A DNA stretch of 64,000 nucleotides from an uncultured Clostridia bacterium (GCA_949118805.1 CASAUJ010000001.1:32901-96900); one strand, 5' to 3'. Counted from the first letter of the stretch, positions 1-10,210 are shown. Translations and numbers: made by a program. The notes: generated by a model not told the origin, from the sequence alone.

Positions 1-313
1 CCCCATTTTCTATTTTTTTTATTTGATTTGCCAAATTAATATCTTTTACTCCAATCACTGCTTTATTGGATTTTCCAATTGCTTTACTTAAAATTTCGAT
101 TTCCCCCTCTAAAATAATAGGTACTTTATACCTTTGACATAGTTTTTTAAATTTCTCTTTGGTTCTCTCAGATGCATCTATTGCTAGTATGACTACATAA
201 ACTTTTTTCTTCTTTATTTCTTGCTCCACACTATCTGCTCCAAAACAGACTTTTCCAGCTCTGGTTGCTAATCCAATTAAACCTAATATTTTTTTATTGC
301 TCAAGAATGACAC
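1..313 (-). CDS. ylxQ: L7Ae-family protein YlxQ (partial; 3' end lies beyond window start)
   Basis: My own minus-strand translation downstream of ylxR reads ...KILGLIGLATRAGKVCFGADSVEQEIKKKKVYVVILAIDASERTKEKFKKLCQRYKVPIILEGEIEILSKAIGK... It sits in the rimP-nusA-ylxR-ylxQ cluster. The start is uncertain (GTG at 313 or TTG at 304). Confidence 0.65.
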   Translation of the reverse strand, partial: MSFLSNKKILGLIGLATRAGKVCFGADSVEQEIKKKKVYVVILAIDASERTKEKFKKLCQRYKVPIILEGEIEILSKAIGKSNKAVIGVKDINLANQIKKIENG

Positions 314-554
314 CTCTTAAATCTTCATAGATTTCTTTTTCTATCTTTATATCTAGGATTCTTTCTAATCTTTTTGATTTTATCACTTTTTCTAAACATT
401 CTATATTATCACATAGATAGGCTCCTCTTCCTTCTTGCTTTCCAGTTCGATCAATCTTTATTTCTCCCTCTTTGTTTTTTACAATTCGAATCAATTCCCT
501 TTTTTCTTTTTTTGTATTGCATCCCATACAGGTTCTTTGTGGTTGATTCCCCAT
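294..554 (-). CDS. ylxR: YlxR/DUF448 RNA-binding protein
   Basis: 86 aa ORF with RTCMGCNTKKEKRELIRIV...GRGAYLC, the typical YlxR motif, immediately downstream of nusA. Confidence 0.85.
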   Translation of the reverse strand: MGNQPQRTCMGCNTKKEKRELIRIVKNKEGEIKIDRTGKQEGRGAYLCDNIECLEKVIKSKRLERILDIKIEKEIYEDLRGVILEQ

Positions 555-607
555 TCTTTTCCTTCCTTCCTATGTTCATTGTATGTTGCTTGTCTTTATT
601 CTATGTT

Positions 608-1727
608 TTATTCTTCTTCCTTTTCTGGTTCAGTTGATTCTCCGTCTTCTTTTGATCCTTTCATCAACATTTCTCTAAATTGTGTCTCTGATTTTATATC
701 TATTTTCCAATTTGTCAATCTTGCTGCTAATCTTGCATTTTGCCCTGATTTTCCAATGGCTAAAGATAACTGGTCATCTGGTACAATTACTTGTGCAAAT
801 TTTTCTTCTGCTTTAATATCAACTGCTAAAATTTGTGCAGGAAGCAAACTAGAAGCAATATAGATAGAAGGATCTTCATTCCATTCAATTACATCAATTT
901 TTTCTCCACTTAATTCATTAATTACATTTTGTATTCTTACTCCTTTTTGTCCTACGCAAGAACCTACGGGATCAATATTAGGATCTGGTGAATATACAGC
1001 TACTTTACTTCGATACCCTGGATCTCTTGAAACACTTTTTATTTCAATTACTCCTTCATAAATTTCTGGAATTTCAAATTCTAATAGTTTTCTTACAAAA
1101 TCAGGATGGCTTCTTGATACAATAACTTGTGGTGTCCCCTTTGCTCCCTTTTCTACTTCTAATACATATCCTTTTATTTTATCATTTACTTGATAATGTT
1201 CTGTTGGAATTTGTTCTTTAGAAGGCATTACTCCTTCTAACTTTCCTAAATCCATTACAACAATGTTATGATCTGCCTTTTGAACTAATCCGTGAAACAA
1301 TTTCGCCTTTTCGGTCATTGAATTCTGTATAAATAATTTCTCTTTCTGCTTCTCTTAATTTTTGAATGATAACTTGTTTCGCTGTTTGTGCCGCAATTCT
1401 ACCAAAATTTCTTGGTACGATTTCAATTTCCACCATATCTCCTTCATTATAATCAGGATTTATTTTTTGTGCTTCTTTTAGGTTAATTTGTGTCTCTTTA
1501 TCCATGACTCTTTTTACTACTTCTTTCAAAGAATATACATGTGTGGCTCCTGTTTTTTGATCCATTTGCACTTTAACATTTTCAAGTGAATCAAAATTTC
1601 TCTTATAAGCTGTTACTAACGCCATTTCTATCGACTCTAATAAATACTCTTTTTTGATTCCTTTTTCTTTTTCTAATTCCTCCAATGCTAATATTAATTC
1701 CTTATTATCAATTGCTGGTTCTTTCAT
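608..1727 (-). CDS. nusA: Transcription termination/antitermination factor NusA (two ORF-track pieces joined by a +1 shift at CGGA)
   Basis: The N-terminal piece (1266..1727) ends ...NDRKGEIVS. The S1/KH piece (608..1318) continues GLVQKADHNIVVMDLGKLEG... The junction reads tca C gga tta. Confidence 0.9.
1289..1292 (-). other. CGGA +1 recoding site (nusA)
   Basis: Coding strand is gtt tca CGG Att. Skipping the C gives ...EIVS-G-LVQK, the conserved Gly at the start of the NusA S1 domain. Confidence 0.75.
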
Positions 1728-1743
1728 TTTTTAACTCCTCCCT

Positions 1744-2208
1744 TTACCAGTGATATATTGTTTTTATTTGTGCTATCTTTTTACGTTCTATTTCTATTCT
1801 TTCATGGTATTCATTCTCTATTGTTATGGTTTCTTCTTTAAATTCTTGTAAAATTCCTTGTTGTTCTTTCTTTCCTTTTTCATCTTTTTGAAATAATTTT
1901 ACTTGGATTTCTTTTCCAATATTTTGTTTCAAATGTTTATCTTTTCTTAAAATTCTTTCTATTCCTGGAGAAGATACTTCTAAAAAATAGGGATCTTTTA
2001 TATAATCTGCTTCATCTAATAACCCATTAATCTCATTACTAACTTTTTCACAATCTTCTAAATCAATTGTTTTTTGTTTTCGATCAATCATTACTCTCAA
2101 AAAGTAATTCTTTCCTTCTTTTGCATATTCCACATCATAGAGTTCATATCCTATCTTTTCAATTGTTGATTTTAATAGTAATTCCACTTTTTCTTCTATA
2201 TTAGCCAA
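1744..2208 (-). CDS. rimP: Ribosome maturation factor RimP
   Basis: 154 aa, ...YELYDVEYAKEGKNYFLRVMIDR...LEVSSPGIERIL, upstream of nusA. Confidence 0.85.
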   Translation of the reverse strand: MANIEEKVELLLKSTIEKIGYELYDVEYAKEGKNYFLRVMIDRKQKTIDLEDCEKVSNEINGLLDEADYIKDPYFLEVSSPGIERILRKDKHLKQNIGKEIQVKLFQKDEKGKKEQQGILQEFKEETITIENEYHERIEIERKKIAQIKTIYHW

Positions 2209-2261
2209 TTAATACCTCCTTATTTTTCAAGGTTCTTCCTTATCCTTCTTTTTCAAAAGTT

Positions 2262-2286
2262 AAGAGTGGGATTGGTTCCCACTCTT
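2262..2286 (-). terminator. Hairpin downstream of the GT2 gene
   Basis: aagagtggga-ttggt-tcccactctt, a 10 bp perfect stem. The following U-tract on the minus strand is weak. Confidence 0.45.
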
Positions 2287-2354
2287 GCTGTATTTATGTT
2301 TCTTGCTTATTATACCCAATTTTTGGTAGAATTGCAAGCTTTTTTTATTTTTTT

Positions 2355-3620
2355 CTAAACTTTTTCAAAAATTTCTACGGTTTGTTCTTCTTCTACTTCA
2401 CCAATTTTAATATTTCTAACATGTTCAATTTTTTCCCATGCAGTTTCTCTTTTAAATAAACATTTAAAATTAATTAATAACCATGTCCCCATAAATAAAG
2501 GATAACATATTAGTCCTTTTATCATTGGCTTGATTGGTCTTCGATCTAATAACATTACGATTATGGCTGTTCCAATTGGCAATAAAAATGTTGGTACTAA
2601 GTATTTTATGACATTTAGCATTAGTTCTGTTTCTGTCATCCCATTTCCTGCATACATTAAAAAGTTAGTAGCTAGTAACACTAATGTAATAATAAACATT
2701 GGTATACTTCCTATAATATATAAAAACCCATCGAAATTCATCATTGTCTTATGCTCTTTGGTTGCTTCTACTAATGGTTTTGTATATTCTTTAATACATT
2801 GCATATGTCCTACTGTCCATCTACTTCTTTGTGACCAACTTTGTTTGAATCCTACTGGTTGCTCATCATATACAATGGCGTCAGTTGCCCATCCCAATCT
2901 TTTTCCTTTTATAATCCTTTTTAAAGAAAATTCTATATCCTCTGTTAAGGTAATTGTCTTCAATCCACCCTCTGCTTTGATGGCATCAAATTTTACCATA
3001 AATCCTGTACCATTTAATAAGGGTGACAATCCTAAATTATATCTAGCTAAATGATAAAATCTATGCATCGTCCAATAAAATAATGCGTATCCTGCTGTAA
3101 TCCAACTATCTGTTGGATTTTTAATATCTCGATATCCTTGCACTACTTCTTCCCCTTGGCATAACTTTTTATTCATATTTTTAATAAAGTTAGGATCTAC
3201 AATGTTATCTGCATCAAATACAAAGAAAGCATCATAATTGGCTTCTTCTTCTATTTTTTGTTGTAAAAACCAGTCTAACGCATATCCCTTTGTTTTTTGT
3301 ACATTATTAAATCTTTCATAGACAATAGCCCCTGCTTCTTTTGCTATTTTTGCAGTATTATCAGTACAATTATCTGCTATCACATAAATATCATACAATT
3401 CTTTATGATAATTTTGCTTTTTTAAACTATCAATTAAATTTCCTACTACTGCCTCTTCATTATGAGCTGGTATAATTGCCATAAATTTATGATTTTTATT
3501 TACTTTTAATGGTTTGTCTTTAATTTTTACTAAAGAGCATAAGCTTACCATAATTTGGTATAACCAAAATATCGTAATAGTCCATACAAGTGCTTCTCTT
3601 AGTATATATAAATAATCCAT
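2355..3620 (-). CDS. Membrane glycosyltransferase family 2 (processive synthase-like)
   Basis: 421 aa. Contains IIPAHNEEAVVGNLIDSL...VIADNCTDNT...FDADN...QRSRW-type motif (SQRSRWTVGH). TM helices flank the catalytic domain. Confidence 0.8.
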   Translation of the reverse strand: MDYLYILREALVWTITIFWLYQIMVSLCSLVKIKDKPLKVNKNHKFMAIIPAHNEEAVVGNLIDSLKKQNYHKELYDIYVIADNCTDNTAKIAKEAGAIVYERFNNVQKTKGYALDWFLQQKIEEEANYDAFFVFDADNIVDPNFIKNMNKKLCQGEEVVQGYRDIKNPTDSWITAGYALFYWTMHRFYHLARYNLGLSPLLNGTGFMVKFDAIKAEGGLKTITLTEDIEFSLKRIIKGKRLGWATDAIVYDEQPVGFKQSWSQRSRWTVGHMQCIKEYTKPLVEATKEHKTMMNFDGFLYIIGSIPMFIITLVLLATNFLMYAGNGMTETELMLNVIKYLVPTFLLPIGTAIIVMLLDRRPIKPMIKGLICYPLFMGTWLLINFKCLFKRETAWEKIEHVRNIKIGEVEEEQTVEIFEKV

Positions 3621-3899
3621 TTTTTTCCCTCACTTTTTAATATTCTCTTATATTTTATTATGCTACCTTTTTTATTATACTATTATTGGTAATTTTATGC
3701 AATATTTTTTCAAAATTTAATACTTTTTTAAGATTTTTATTTTTCTAAAATTTCTTTTAACTTCTTTCCCTTTGTTCTCATGGATTCCTCTTTTTTCATT
3801 CCTTAAATAATTCTTAATTTTTTGTAGAAATTTGCATTTTTTCCTCTCTCTATGCTATAATGATATAGAAATACTTAGGAAAATATAAGAGGGATAAAA

Positions 3900-4436
3900 A
3901 TGAAATCATGGATAAAAGAATTATCAAATCAAGAAGAAGAATTTCAAAATATAATAGAAGATTTAATTACAAATGAAACTGTACAACAAATGAAAAATTA
4001 TAGACAACATTATGAAACCACTTGTTTCGAACATTGTTACATGGCTGCTTATTATTGTTATCTTATCTGTAAAAAATATCATTTAGATTATGTTTCTGCT
4101 ACTCGAGCTGCCATGCTACATGATCTATTTCTTTACGATTGGAGAAAAAGACAACCTGATCGAAAAGGACTCCATGCCTTTACCCATGGAAAACAAGCTT
4201 GTGAAAATGCTTGCAAATTGTTTCCATTAAACGAAAAAGAAAAAGATATGATTGTAAAACATATGTGGCCAATTACCATTGCATTTCCCAAATCAGTAGA
4301 AGGCTTCGTTTTAACTTTAGTTGATAAATATTGTGCTTTATCAGAATCTTTTGAAGTCTTCCGATCTCGTCTTTTTAGAAAACAAGTTTTTCGTTATGCT
4401 TATGCATGTTTTAGCTTACTTATTATTCAAATTTAA
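3900..4436 (+). CDS. HD-domain phosphohydrolase
   Basis: 178 aa with H..HC...AAMLHDLFLYDW...H.THG spacing typical of HD/HDIG proteins. The stop TAA is fused to the repeat-A arm. Confidence 0.7.
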   Translation: MKSWIKELSNQEEEFQNIIEDLITNETVQQMKNYRQHYETTCFEHCYMAAYYCYLICKKYHLDYVSATRAAMLHDLFLYDWRKRQPDRKGLHAFTHGKQACENACKLFPLNEKEKDMIVKHMWPITIAFPKSVEGFVLTLVDKYCALSESFEVFRSRLFRKQVFRYAYACFSLLIIQI

Positions 4437-4562
4437 TGTGCAATGGGGACGTTTCTTTTTTTACATGAAAGGTTTTAATAAAAGAAGCTGTTATGATAAA
4501 ATAACAGCTTTTTATTTTATGTATTTTTGTCATGTGAAAAAAGAAACGTCCCCATTGCACAT
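4436..4562. repeat. Repeat family A, complete element (32 bp inverted arms plus central terminator hairpin)
   Basis: Left arm is atgtgcaatggggacgtttctttttttacatg (4436-4467). Right arm is catgtgaaaaaagaaacgtccccattgcacat (4531-4562). The centre is agctgttat..ataacagct followed by a T-run. It lies between two convergent genes, and both stop codons touch the arms. Confidence 0.85.
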
Positions 4563-4903
4563 TAAATTTTATTCTCTTCTGCCCAACGTATCATTTTAAT
4601 ATCTTTATATTTTGATACTACTAATTTATATTTATCATACTCTTCTTCCCATAAACTATCTGGCACACAATCAAAAGCTTTAAATATCTTTTCTGCTTCT
4701 GCCAAATAAATTAATTGTTCTTGTGGAGACATATTCTCATATTGTTTTGCAAATTTATATAACTTATCCAACATTTGGTTTGCTTCAATAAATGTCCAAA
4801 AGTCTTTTATTTTCATCCCAAATAATTTAATTTGTAAAACAGCATAAGCCACTAAAGTAAATATTACAAATATTAATAAATAAATAACAGCTAATATTGT
4901 CAT
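4562..4903 (-). CDS. Small membrane-anchored hypothetical protein
   Basis: 113 aa with an N-terminal TM helix (ILAVIYLLIFVIFTLVAYAVL). No family recognised. Confidence 0.5.
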   Translation of the reverse strand: MTILAVIYLLIFVIFTLVAYAVLQIKLFGMKIKDFWTFIEANQMLDKLYKFAKQYENMSPQEQLIYLAEAEKIFKAFDCVPDSLWEEEYDKYKLVVSKYKDIKMIRWAEENKI

Positions 4904-5061
4904 TTTTATTACTCCTCTTTTTCTGTTTTTCCTTTTGTACTTCTTTTAAATTATACCATGTTTGACATTTTTTTGCAACTACTTGTTTTCTTTGTATTTT
5001 TTATGTTATAATAGTAGGAATGTAAAAATAAAATATTAGAAAACGGAGTTGAATTGAAAAA

Positions 5062-5922
5062 ATGGATAAAAAATTTGTTGCTACAAAACGAGCAGGAATT
5101 TATGGTATGCTTGGAAATATTTTTTTGCTAATGATCAAAGCCTTCGTTGGTTTTATGAGCCATAGTCAAGCCATGATAGCAGATAGTTTCAATAGTGCTG
5201 GTGACATATTTGCTTCTTTGATGACTTTTATTGGAAATAAAATTGCTAGTGTTCCTAAAGATAAAGATCATAATTTAGGGCATGGAAAAGCAGAATATCT
5301 TTTTTCTATGTTCATTAGTATTTCCATGATTTTCATTGCTAGTAAACTACTGTATGACTCTGTTCTTACTTTGATTCATGGAAGTAAACTTCAATTTTCA
5401 TGGTTTCTTATTTTTGTATGTATCGCTACTATTATTACAAAATTATGCCTTTTTTTCTACACCAAATTAGTTTATAAAAAATATCCTAATATTTTATTAG
5501 AAGCCAATATGAAAGATCATAAAAACGATTGTCTTATCACTACCTTTACGTTATTCTCTATTTTATTAACGCTAGTCAATATTTACTGGTTTGATGGCGT
5601 AGTAGGAATTGGTATTTCTCTATGGATTTGTTATACTGGTATTACTATTTTTATGGAAAGCTATAATGTTTTAATGGATATTAGTGTAGATGATAAAACA
5701 AAAGATTTAATTTTAGATATTGCTCATACTTATCAAGAAATTCAAAAAATTGATGATATTATTTCTACTCCTGTTGGAGATAAATTTCTAATTTTTTTAA
5801 CTATTTATTTAGATGGTAATATTTCTACTTTTGAAAGCCATACATTGGCAGATAGTCTTGAAAAAACAATAAGTGGTTTAGATAAAATTTATAAAACGGT
5901 GGTTCATGTAAATCCCGTTTAG
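5062..5922 (+). CDS. Cation diffusion facilitator family transporter
   Basis: 286 aa, six TM segments, SQAMIADSFNSAGD and DHNLGHGKAEY motifs, and a C-terminal cytoplasmic domain. Confidence 0.85.
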   Translation: MDKKFVATKRAGIYGMLGNIFLLMIKAFVGFMSHSQAMIADSFNSAGDIFASLMTFIGNKIASVPKDKDHNLGHGKAEYLFSMFISISMIFIASKLLYDSVLTLIHGSKLQFSWFLIFVCIATIITKLCLFFYTKLVYKKYPNILLEANMKDHKNDCLITTFTLFSILLTLVNIYWFDGVVGIGISLWICYTGITIFMESYNVLMDISVDDKTKDLILDIAHTYQEIQKIDDIISTPVGDKFLIFLTIYLDGNISTFESHTLADSLEKTISGLDKIYKTVVHVNPV

Positions 5923-5965
5923 TATGAAAAATGTCAAAAGTTCTTCCTTTTGACATTTTTCTATT

Positions 5966-7546
5966 TTATCGATTTCGTCTTGACTCCCTTGGATCTTGGT
6001 ATTCTTCGTCTAGTTCCCCTATTACTTCCTCTGGTTTTTTGTCTCCTTGTTCTTTTTCTTTGAATTTTTCCTTTATGAAAGTAGCATCTGGCTTTCCATC
6101 TTTATAAAATCCCCATCGACTTGCTAATTCCTGATAAGTAATCTTTTCACCAGAAGATAATTCTACATATTCTTCTAATTCATGTGAATGTTGCTGTGTA
6201 TTGATATCTCCATCCAAATCTTTGGCTCCTTTTGGCTGGCAATCTTCATATTTTTTTTGATGTTTTTCAACTTCCTGGTAACCTTGTTCCACAGAACGAT
6301 AGCCATCATTATATTCTTGGGCTAATTTCAAATTTTCTATTTCCGTTCCTTCTAATGTATTTTTAGCATTAGAAGTTTCTAATTGTCGATCTAAGCTTTT
6401 GTTTCCTTCTATGTCATTTCCCCCAATTGTTTTTCGTGGAGAATGATAAACTTCTACTTCTCCATATTGAGCTTTTTCAATTCCAATGGTTCCTTCTCCC
6501 AATTTTAGTCTAGTTAATACATCTCCCCCTTTCACTGACTTGTTTTGTTTTACTTGATAATTTTTTTCTCGAGGATTTGTTCCCTCCTGTGTATCGTTTT
6601 CTAAATCCAGTGATTTTACCTTTCCTTTCTTGGTTATGACTACTGCTTCATATCGAGAAGTATGGCCTTGTTCTTTTTGTCCTTTTTCATTTTTCAAATT
6701 TTTCATTTCGTCTGATTCTATAATTCCCATCTTTAGCGGTTCATCCCCATGTTCTAAACTTGGCATTTTATTATTCTTTTCTAATACCTGTTGCAAATTA
6801 CTCATATCTGTAACTCTTGTATTCATTTTAACTTCTTGTTTTATATTAACATCATTCTTTTTATTTTCTATTTCTTGCATTTGTTGTTTGTTTGGTTCTT
6901 GTAAATCCTCGCTTTGCGTTTTCCCTGTATGAATTTGCTTTTGTCTCTGTTGCTCTTTCCTTCCTTTCTCTGGTTTGCTTCTATTTTGATGGTAACTTGT
7001 TTTTTCCTCATTTCCTCTTTCTTGTTTTTGTATACGTTCAAAAACATCTAATATTCTTATTCTTTGTAAAAGCTGTTTTATTTGTTCTTTCTCGAAAGAA
7101 GTTAAATTTTTTCGTTGTTCATTATCTTTGATATCATTCCCAATAGAATTCTCTAAAGTATCTTGTTTAAAAATAATGGTTTCTCCTGGTATTTTGGGAC
7201 TATATACTCCAATTAAATTTAAGTAATAATATTTTATCATGCCCTCTTCATTTTTTAACAAAATTTCCTGTATTTTTCCCTCTATTTCAATTTTTCCTAT
7301 GATCTGAAGAAGATCCTTCTGCTCCAACATTTGAGTTGTAACTATACGTTCTACTAGGTACTTTAATTGTATTTTTGCTTTTTGCGATAAATTATTATCT
7401 TTTTTAAAAATAATTTTTGATTCTTTTATTTGTGAGGTATAAATACCAATCAATTCTAAACTATAATATTTAAAAAACATGTCTTCTTCTTTTAATAGAA
7501 TTTCTTTTTGCTTTCCTTGTATCCCTATTGGTCCTAAAATTTGCAT
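5966..7546 (-). CDS. Hypothetical K/E/Q-rich protein with a duplicated N-terminal module
   Basis: 526 aa. There are two ~90 aa repeats: KEILLKEEDMFFKYYSLELIGIYTSQIKESKIIFKKD and QEILLKNEEGMIKYYYLNLIGVYSPKIPGETIIFKQD. A long low-complexity charged region follows. Confidence 0.5.
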   Translation of the reverse strand: MQILGPIGIQGKQKEILLKEEDMFFKYYSLELIGIYTSQIKESKIIFKKDNNLSQKAKIQLKYLVERIVTTQMLEQKDLLQIIGKIEIEGKIQEILLKNEEGMIKYYYLNLIGVYSPKIPGETIIFKQDTLENSIGNDIKDNEQRKNLTSFEKEQIKQLLQRIRILDVFERIQKQERGNEEKTSYHQNRSKPEKGRKEQQRQKQIHTGKTQSEDLQEPNKQQMQEIENKKNDVNIKQEVKMNTRVTDMSNLQQVLEKNNKMPSLEHGDEPLKMGIIESDEMKNLKNEKGQKEQGHTSRYEAVVITKKGKVKSLDLENDTQEGTNPREKNYQVKQNKSVKGGDVLTRLKLGEGTIGIEKAQYGEVEVYHSPRKTIGGNDIEGNKSLDRQLETSNAKNTLEGTEIENLKLAQEYNDGYRSVEQGYQEVEKHQKKYEDCQPKGAKDLDGDINTQQHSHELEEYVELSSGEKITYQELASRWGFYKDGKPDATFIKEKFKEKEQGDKKPEEVIGELDEEYQDPRESRRNR

Positions 7547-7559
7547 TATCTTCCCCTTT

Positions 7560-8939
7560 TTAGTTTATATTTTCGTCCACAATTTCTGCTATTAAATCAT
7601 AATCTTGAATGGCAATCACTTCACAAAGAACAAATTGATGGATTCGTTCCTCTTTCCATCCATCCTTTACTTTTATATACACTAATCCATCAATATCTGG
7701 TACATCTTGCATGGTTCTTCCTATATAATATTTCCCATCAAAAGAGATTCCCTCTATTAAAACTTGATACTGTTCCTTTTTCTTTTTCTCCAAATTTTTT
7801 CTTGAAATTTCTTGTTGCAATTTCATAATCTGGTGATATCTTGCTTTTTTGGTATTCCCATGAATTTGATCTGGCAATTTAGCAGCTGGTGTTCCTTCTT
7901 CTTTTGAATAGCAAAAAGCTCCTAATTTATCAAATTTAGTTTGTTCTATAAATTGTTTTAAAGCTTCAAAGTCTTCTACACTCTCACCTGGAAATCCTAC
8001 TATTAAAGTGGTTCTTAAAGTTACATTTGGAATTTTATTTTTTATTTTCTGAATTAAAGTTTGGATTTGTTTTTTTGATGTTTTTCGATTCATTCGCTTT
8101 AAAACAGTATCAGAAATATGCTGGATTGGTATATCAAAATATTTTGCTATCTTAGGATTTCTAGCAACTATATCAATCAATTGGTCTGTAATTCCTTCTG
8201 GATAAGTATACAAAAATCGAATCCATTGAATACCTTCTATTTTACTAATTTCTTCTAACAATTCTCCTAGTTTACTTTCTCCATATAAATCCATCCCATA
8301 TTTCGTCGTATCTTGTGCAATAATAATTAATTCTTTGATTCCTTTTTTCGCTATTTCTTTTGCTTCTTCTAATATATCTTCTTTTTTTCTGCTCACAAAT
8401 GGTCCTCTAATATATGGAATTGCACAATAAGTACATCGATTACTACATCCTTCTCCTATTTTTAAATAAGCATAGTTTTTTCCTGTTGTAATGGTTCTAT
8501 CTAAAAATTCCTCTTGTGTTAACATTGGCATAGGAGGAATTTCTAATATTTTCTTACTACTTTGTTTCTTCTCATATAAGACCTCATTTCTTTTTAGTAA
8601 ATCTTCTACTTTTTCCCATATTTTATCATAATCTTCTATTTTGATGTATAGATCTACTTCTGGAATCATCTTTATTAATTCCCTTTCATATCTTTGAACC
8701 AAGCATCCCATAACAATTAAGTATTTACATTTATCTTGTTTATATTCTGCCATTTCTAAAATGGTATTAATAGCTTCTTCCTTTGCAGAATCAATAAAAC
8801 CACATGTATTAATAACGATCACTTCTGCTTTTGTTTCATCATTTACAATTTCATATTTATGCTTTTGAAATAATCCAATTACTGCTTCTGTATCAATTAA
8901 ATTTTTGCTACATCCTAAATGAACAAATCCTACTTTCAT
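7560..8939 (-). CDS. rimO: Ribosomal protein S12 methylthiotransferase RimO
   Basis: 459 aa. Contains MKVGFVHLGCSKNLIDTE, the radical-SAM motif CSNRCTYCAIP, and a C-terminal TRAM domain. Confidence 0.9.
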   Translation of the reverse strand: MKVGFVHLGCSKNLIDTEAVIGLFQKHKYEIVNDETKAEVIVINTCGFIDSAKEEAINTILEMAEYKQDKCKYLIVMGCLVQRYERELIKMIPEVDLYIKIEDYDKIWEKVEDLLKRNEVLYEKKQSSKKILEIPPMPMLTQEEFLDRTITTGKNYAYLKIGEGCSNRCTYCAIPYIRGPFVSRKKEDILEEAKEIAKKGIKELIIIAQDTTKYGMDLYGESKLGELLEEISKIEGIQWIRFLYTYPEGITDQLIDIVARNPKIAKYFDIPIQHISDTVLKRMNRKTSKKQIQTLIQKIKNKIPNVTLRTTLIVGFPGESVEDFEALKQFIEQTKFDKLGAFCYSKEEGTPAAKLPDQIHGNTKKARYHQIMKLQQEISRKNLEKKKKEQYQVLIEGISFDGKYYIGRTMQDVPDIDGLVYIKVKDGWKEERIHQFVLCEVIAIQDYDLIAEIVDENIN

Positions 8940-8975
8940 TTTTTTCCTCTTTCATCTCTTTTTCTCAATTTATAT

Positions 8976-10160
8976 TTAGTCTTTATGGCTACAAATATGT
9001 TTTCTAGTTAATTCCATTAAATCTAATTTTGTAAATCCCTCTACTTGTGTTTTGCTTCTATCTTTTTTTAACTCTTTTTCCAAAATTTCTTGAATTTTCT
9101 CTCTATTTTTTTCCTCTTTCATATCAATATAATCAATAATAATAATTCCACCTATGTCTCTTAGACGTAACTGTTTTGCTATTTCTATGGTGGCTTCTTG
9201 GTTTACTCGATAAATGGTTTGTTCTACATTCTGTGTCCCTGTATATTTACCAGTATTTACATCAATTGCTGTTAATGCCTCAGTTCGATCAATGGTTATA
9301 AATCCCCCACATTTTAGCCAAATTTTTCGATTTCGTGATTTCTCAATTTGTTTTTCTACTTCATAAATTTCCAATAAATTTTCTTTTTCTTTTACTTCAA
9401 TTTCTAAATTTGCATATTCTTGATTTTCCTTTTTGAACGTTTCTAATTCCTCTTTTATGGTTCTATCATTTACCATTATTTTTTGAATGGTATTCCCTGT
9501 TAAGTCCATTAACATTTTTTCTATAATATTTTCACTCTTATATAAAAGCTGTGGTTGTTTTAACTCTGGATCAATACTTGTTTGGATGATGTCATTCCAT
9601 TTTTTTTCGATTCTTTTAATATCTTCTATTACTTCTTTCTCTTTTCCTTGCGCTGAAGTTCTTATAATGGCTCCATTTCCTTCACTCAAATTTTCTCTTA
9701 CTAATTTTTTTAATCTCTCTTGTTCTTTTGTATCCTCTATTTTTTGTGAGATTGTCACAATATCCGTATTCGGAAGAAAAGCAATATATTTTCCAGGCAA
9801 ATTAATATGAGAAGATACTCTTGCCCCTTTTTTATCATTACTATCTTTTCTTACTTGTACCAATAATTTTTGACTTGGTTTGATAATTTGGCTAATTTCC
9901 ACATTTTCATTTGGAATTCCTTTGGTTTCATCTATTTTAGGTAATATATCTTTTAAATGAATAAAACTATTCTTTTCTGTTCCTATATCCACAAAAGCAG
10001 ATTGCATTCCATTTATTATATTTTTTACAATTCCAATATAAATATTTCCTTCTCTTTTTTTATATTCTTCATCTTCTTCATAATATTCTAACAATTTTCC
10101 ATTTTCAACTAAAGCAATTTGTTTTTGATTTTTTTGACTCTGTATTATGATTTCTAACAT
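8976..10160 (-). CDS. rng: Ribonuclease G/E family protein
   Basis: 394 aa. An N-terminal S1 domain (GNIYIGIVKNIINGMQSAFVDIG) is followed by the RNase E/G catalytic core (TEALTAIDVNTGKY). Confidence 0.85.
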   Translation of the reverse strand: MLEIIIQSQKNQKQIALVENGKLLEYYEEDEEYKKREGNIYIGIVKNIINGMQSAFVDIGTEKNSFIHLKDILPKIDETKGIPNENVEISQIIKPSQKLLVQVRKDSNDKKGARVSSHINLPGKYIAFLPNTDIVTISQKIEDTKEQERLKKLVRENLSEGNGAIIRTSAQGKEKEVIEDIKRIEKKWNDIIQTSIDPELKQPQLLYKSENIIEKMLMDLTGNTIQKIMVNDRTIKEELETFKKENQEYANLEIEVKEKENLLEIYEVEKQIEKSRNRKIWLKCGGFITIDRTEALTAIDVNTGKYTGTQNVEQTIYRVNQEATIEIAKQLRLRDIGGIIIIDYIDMKEEKNREKIQEILEKELKKDRSKTQVEGFTKLDLMELTRKHICSHKD

Positions 10161-10210
10161 TCTGTTTTTCCTTTCTTATTCCAAAATTTCTTACCTTTAT
10201 TAAATCTTTT

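Noticed and set aside
2530-3054. Long plus-strand ORFs antisense to minus-strand genes. Examples: 2530..3054, 9487..9810, 42451..42987, 48804..49211, 53038..53448, 55011..55373, 62602..62889.
   Set aside because: Their products are F/L/S/I-rich low-complexity translations typical of the antisense strand of AT-rich genes. They lack RBSs and fully overlap well-supported genes.
4321-4599. ORF-track products containing QWGRFFF(Y/H)M (also 45638..45907 and the first 19 codons of 60746..61297).
   Set aside because: These are translations of the repeat-A arm, not a conserved protein. The amidase-domain gene has a strong RBS at the internal Met (61240).
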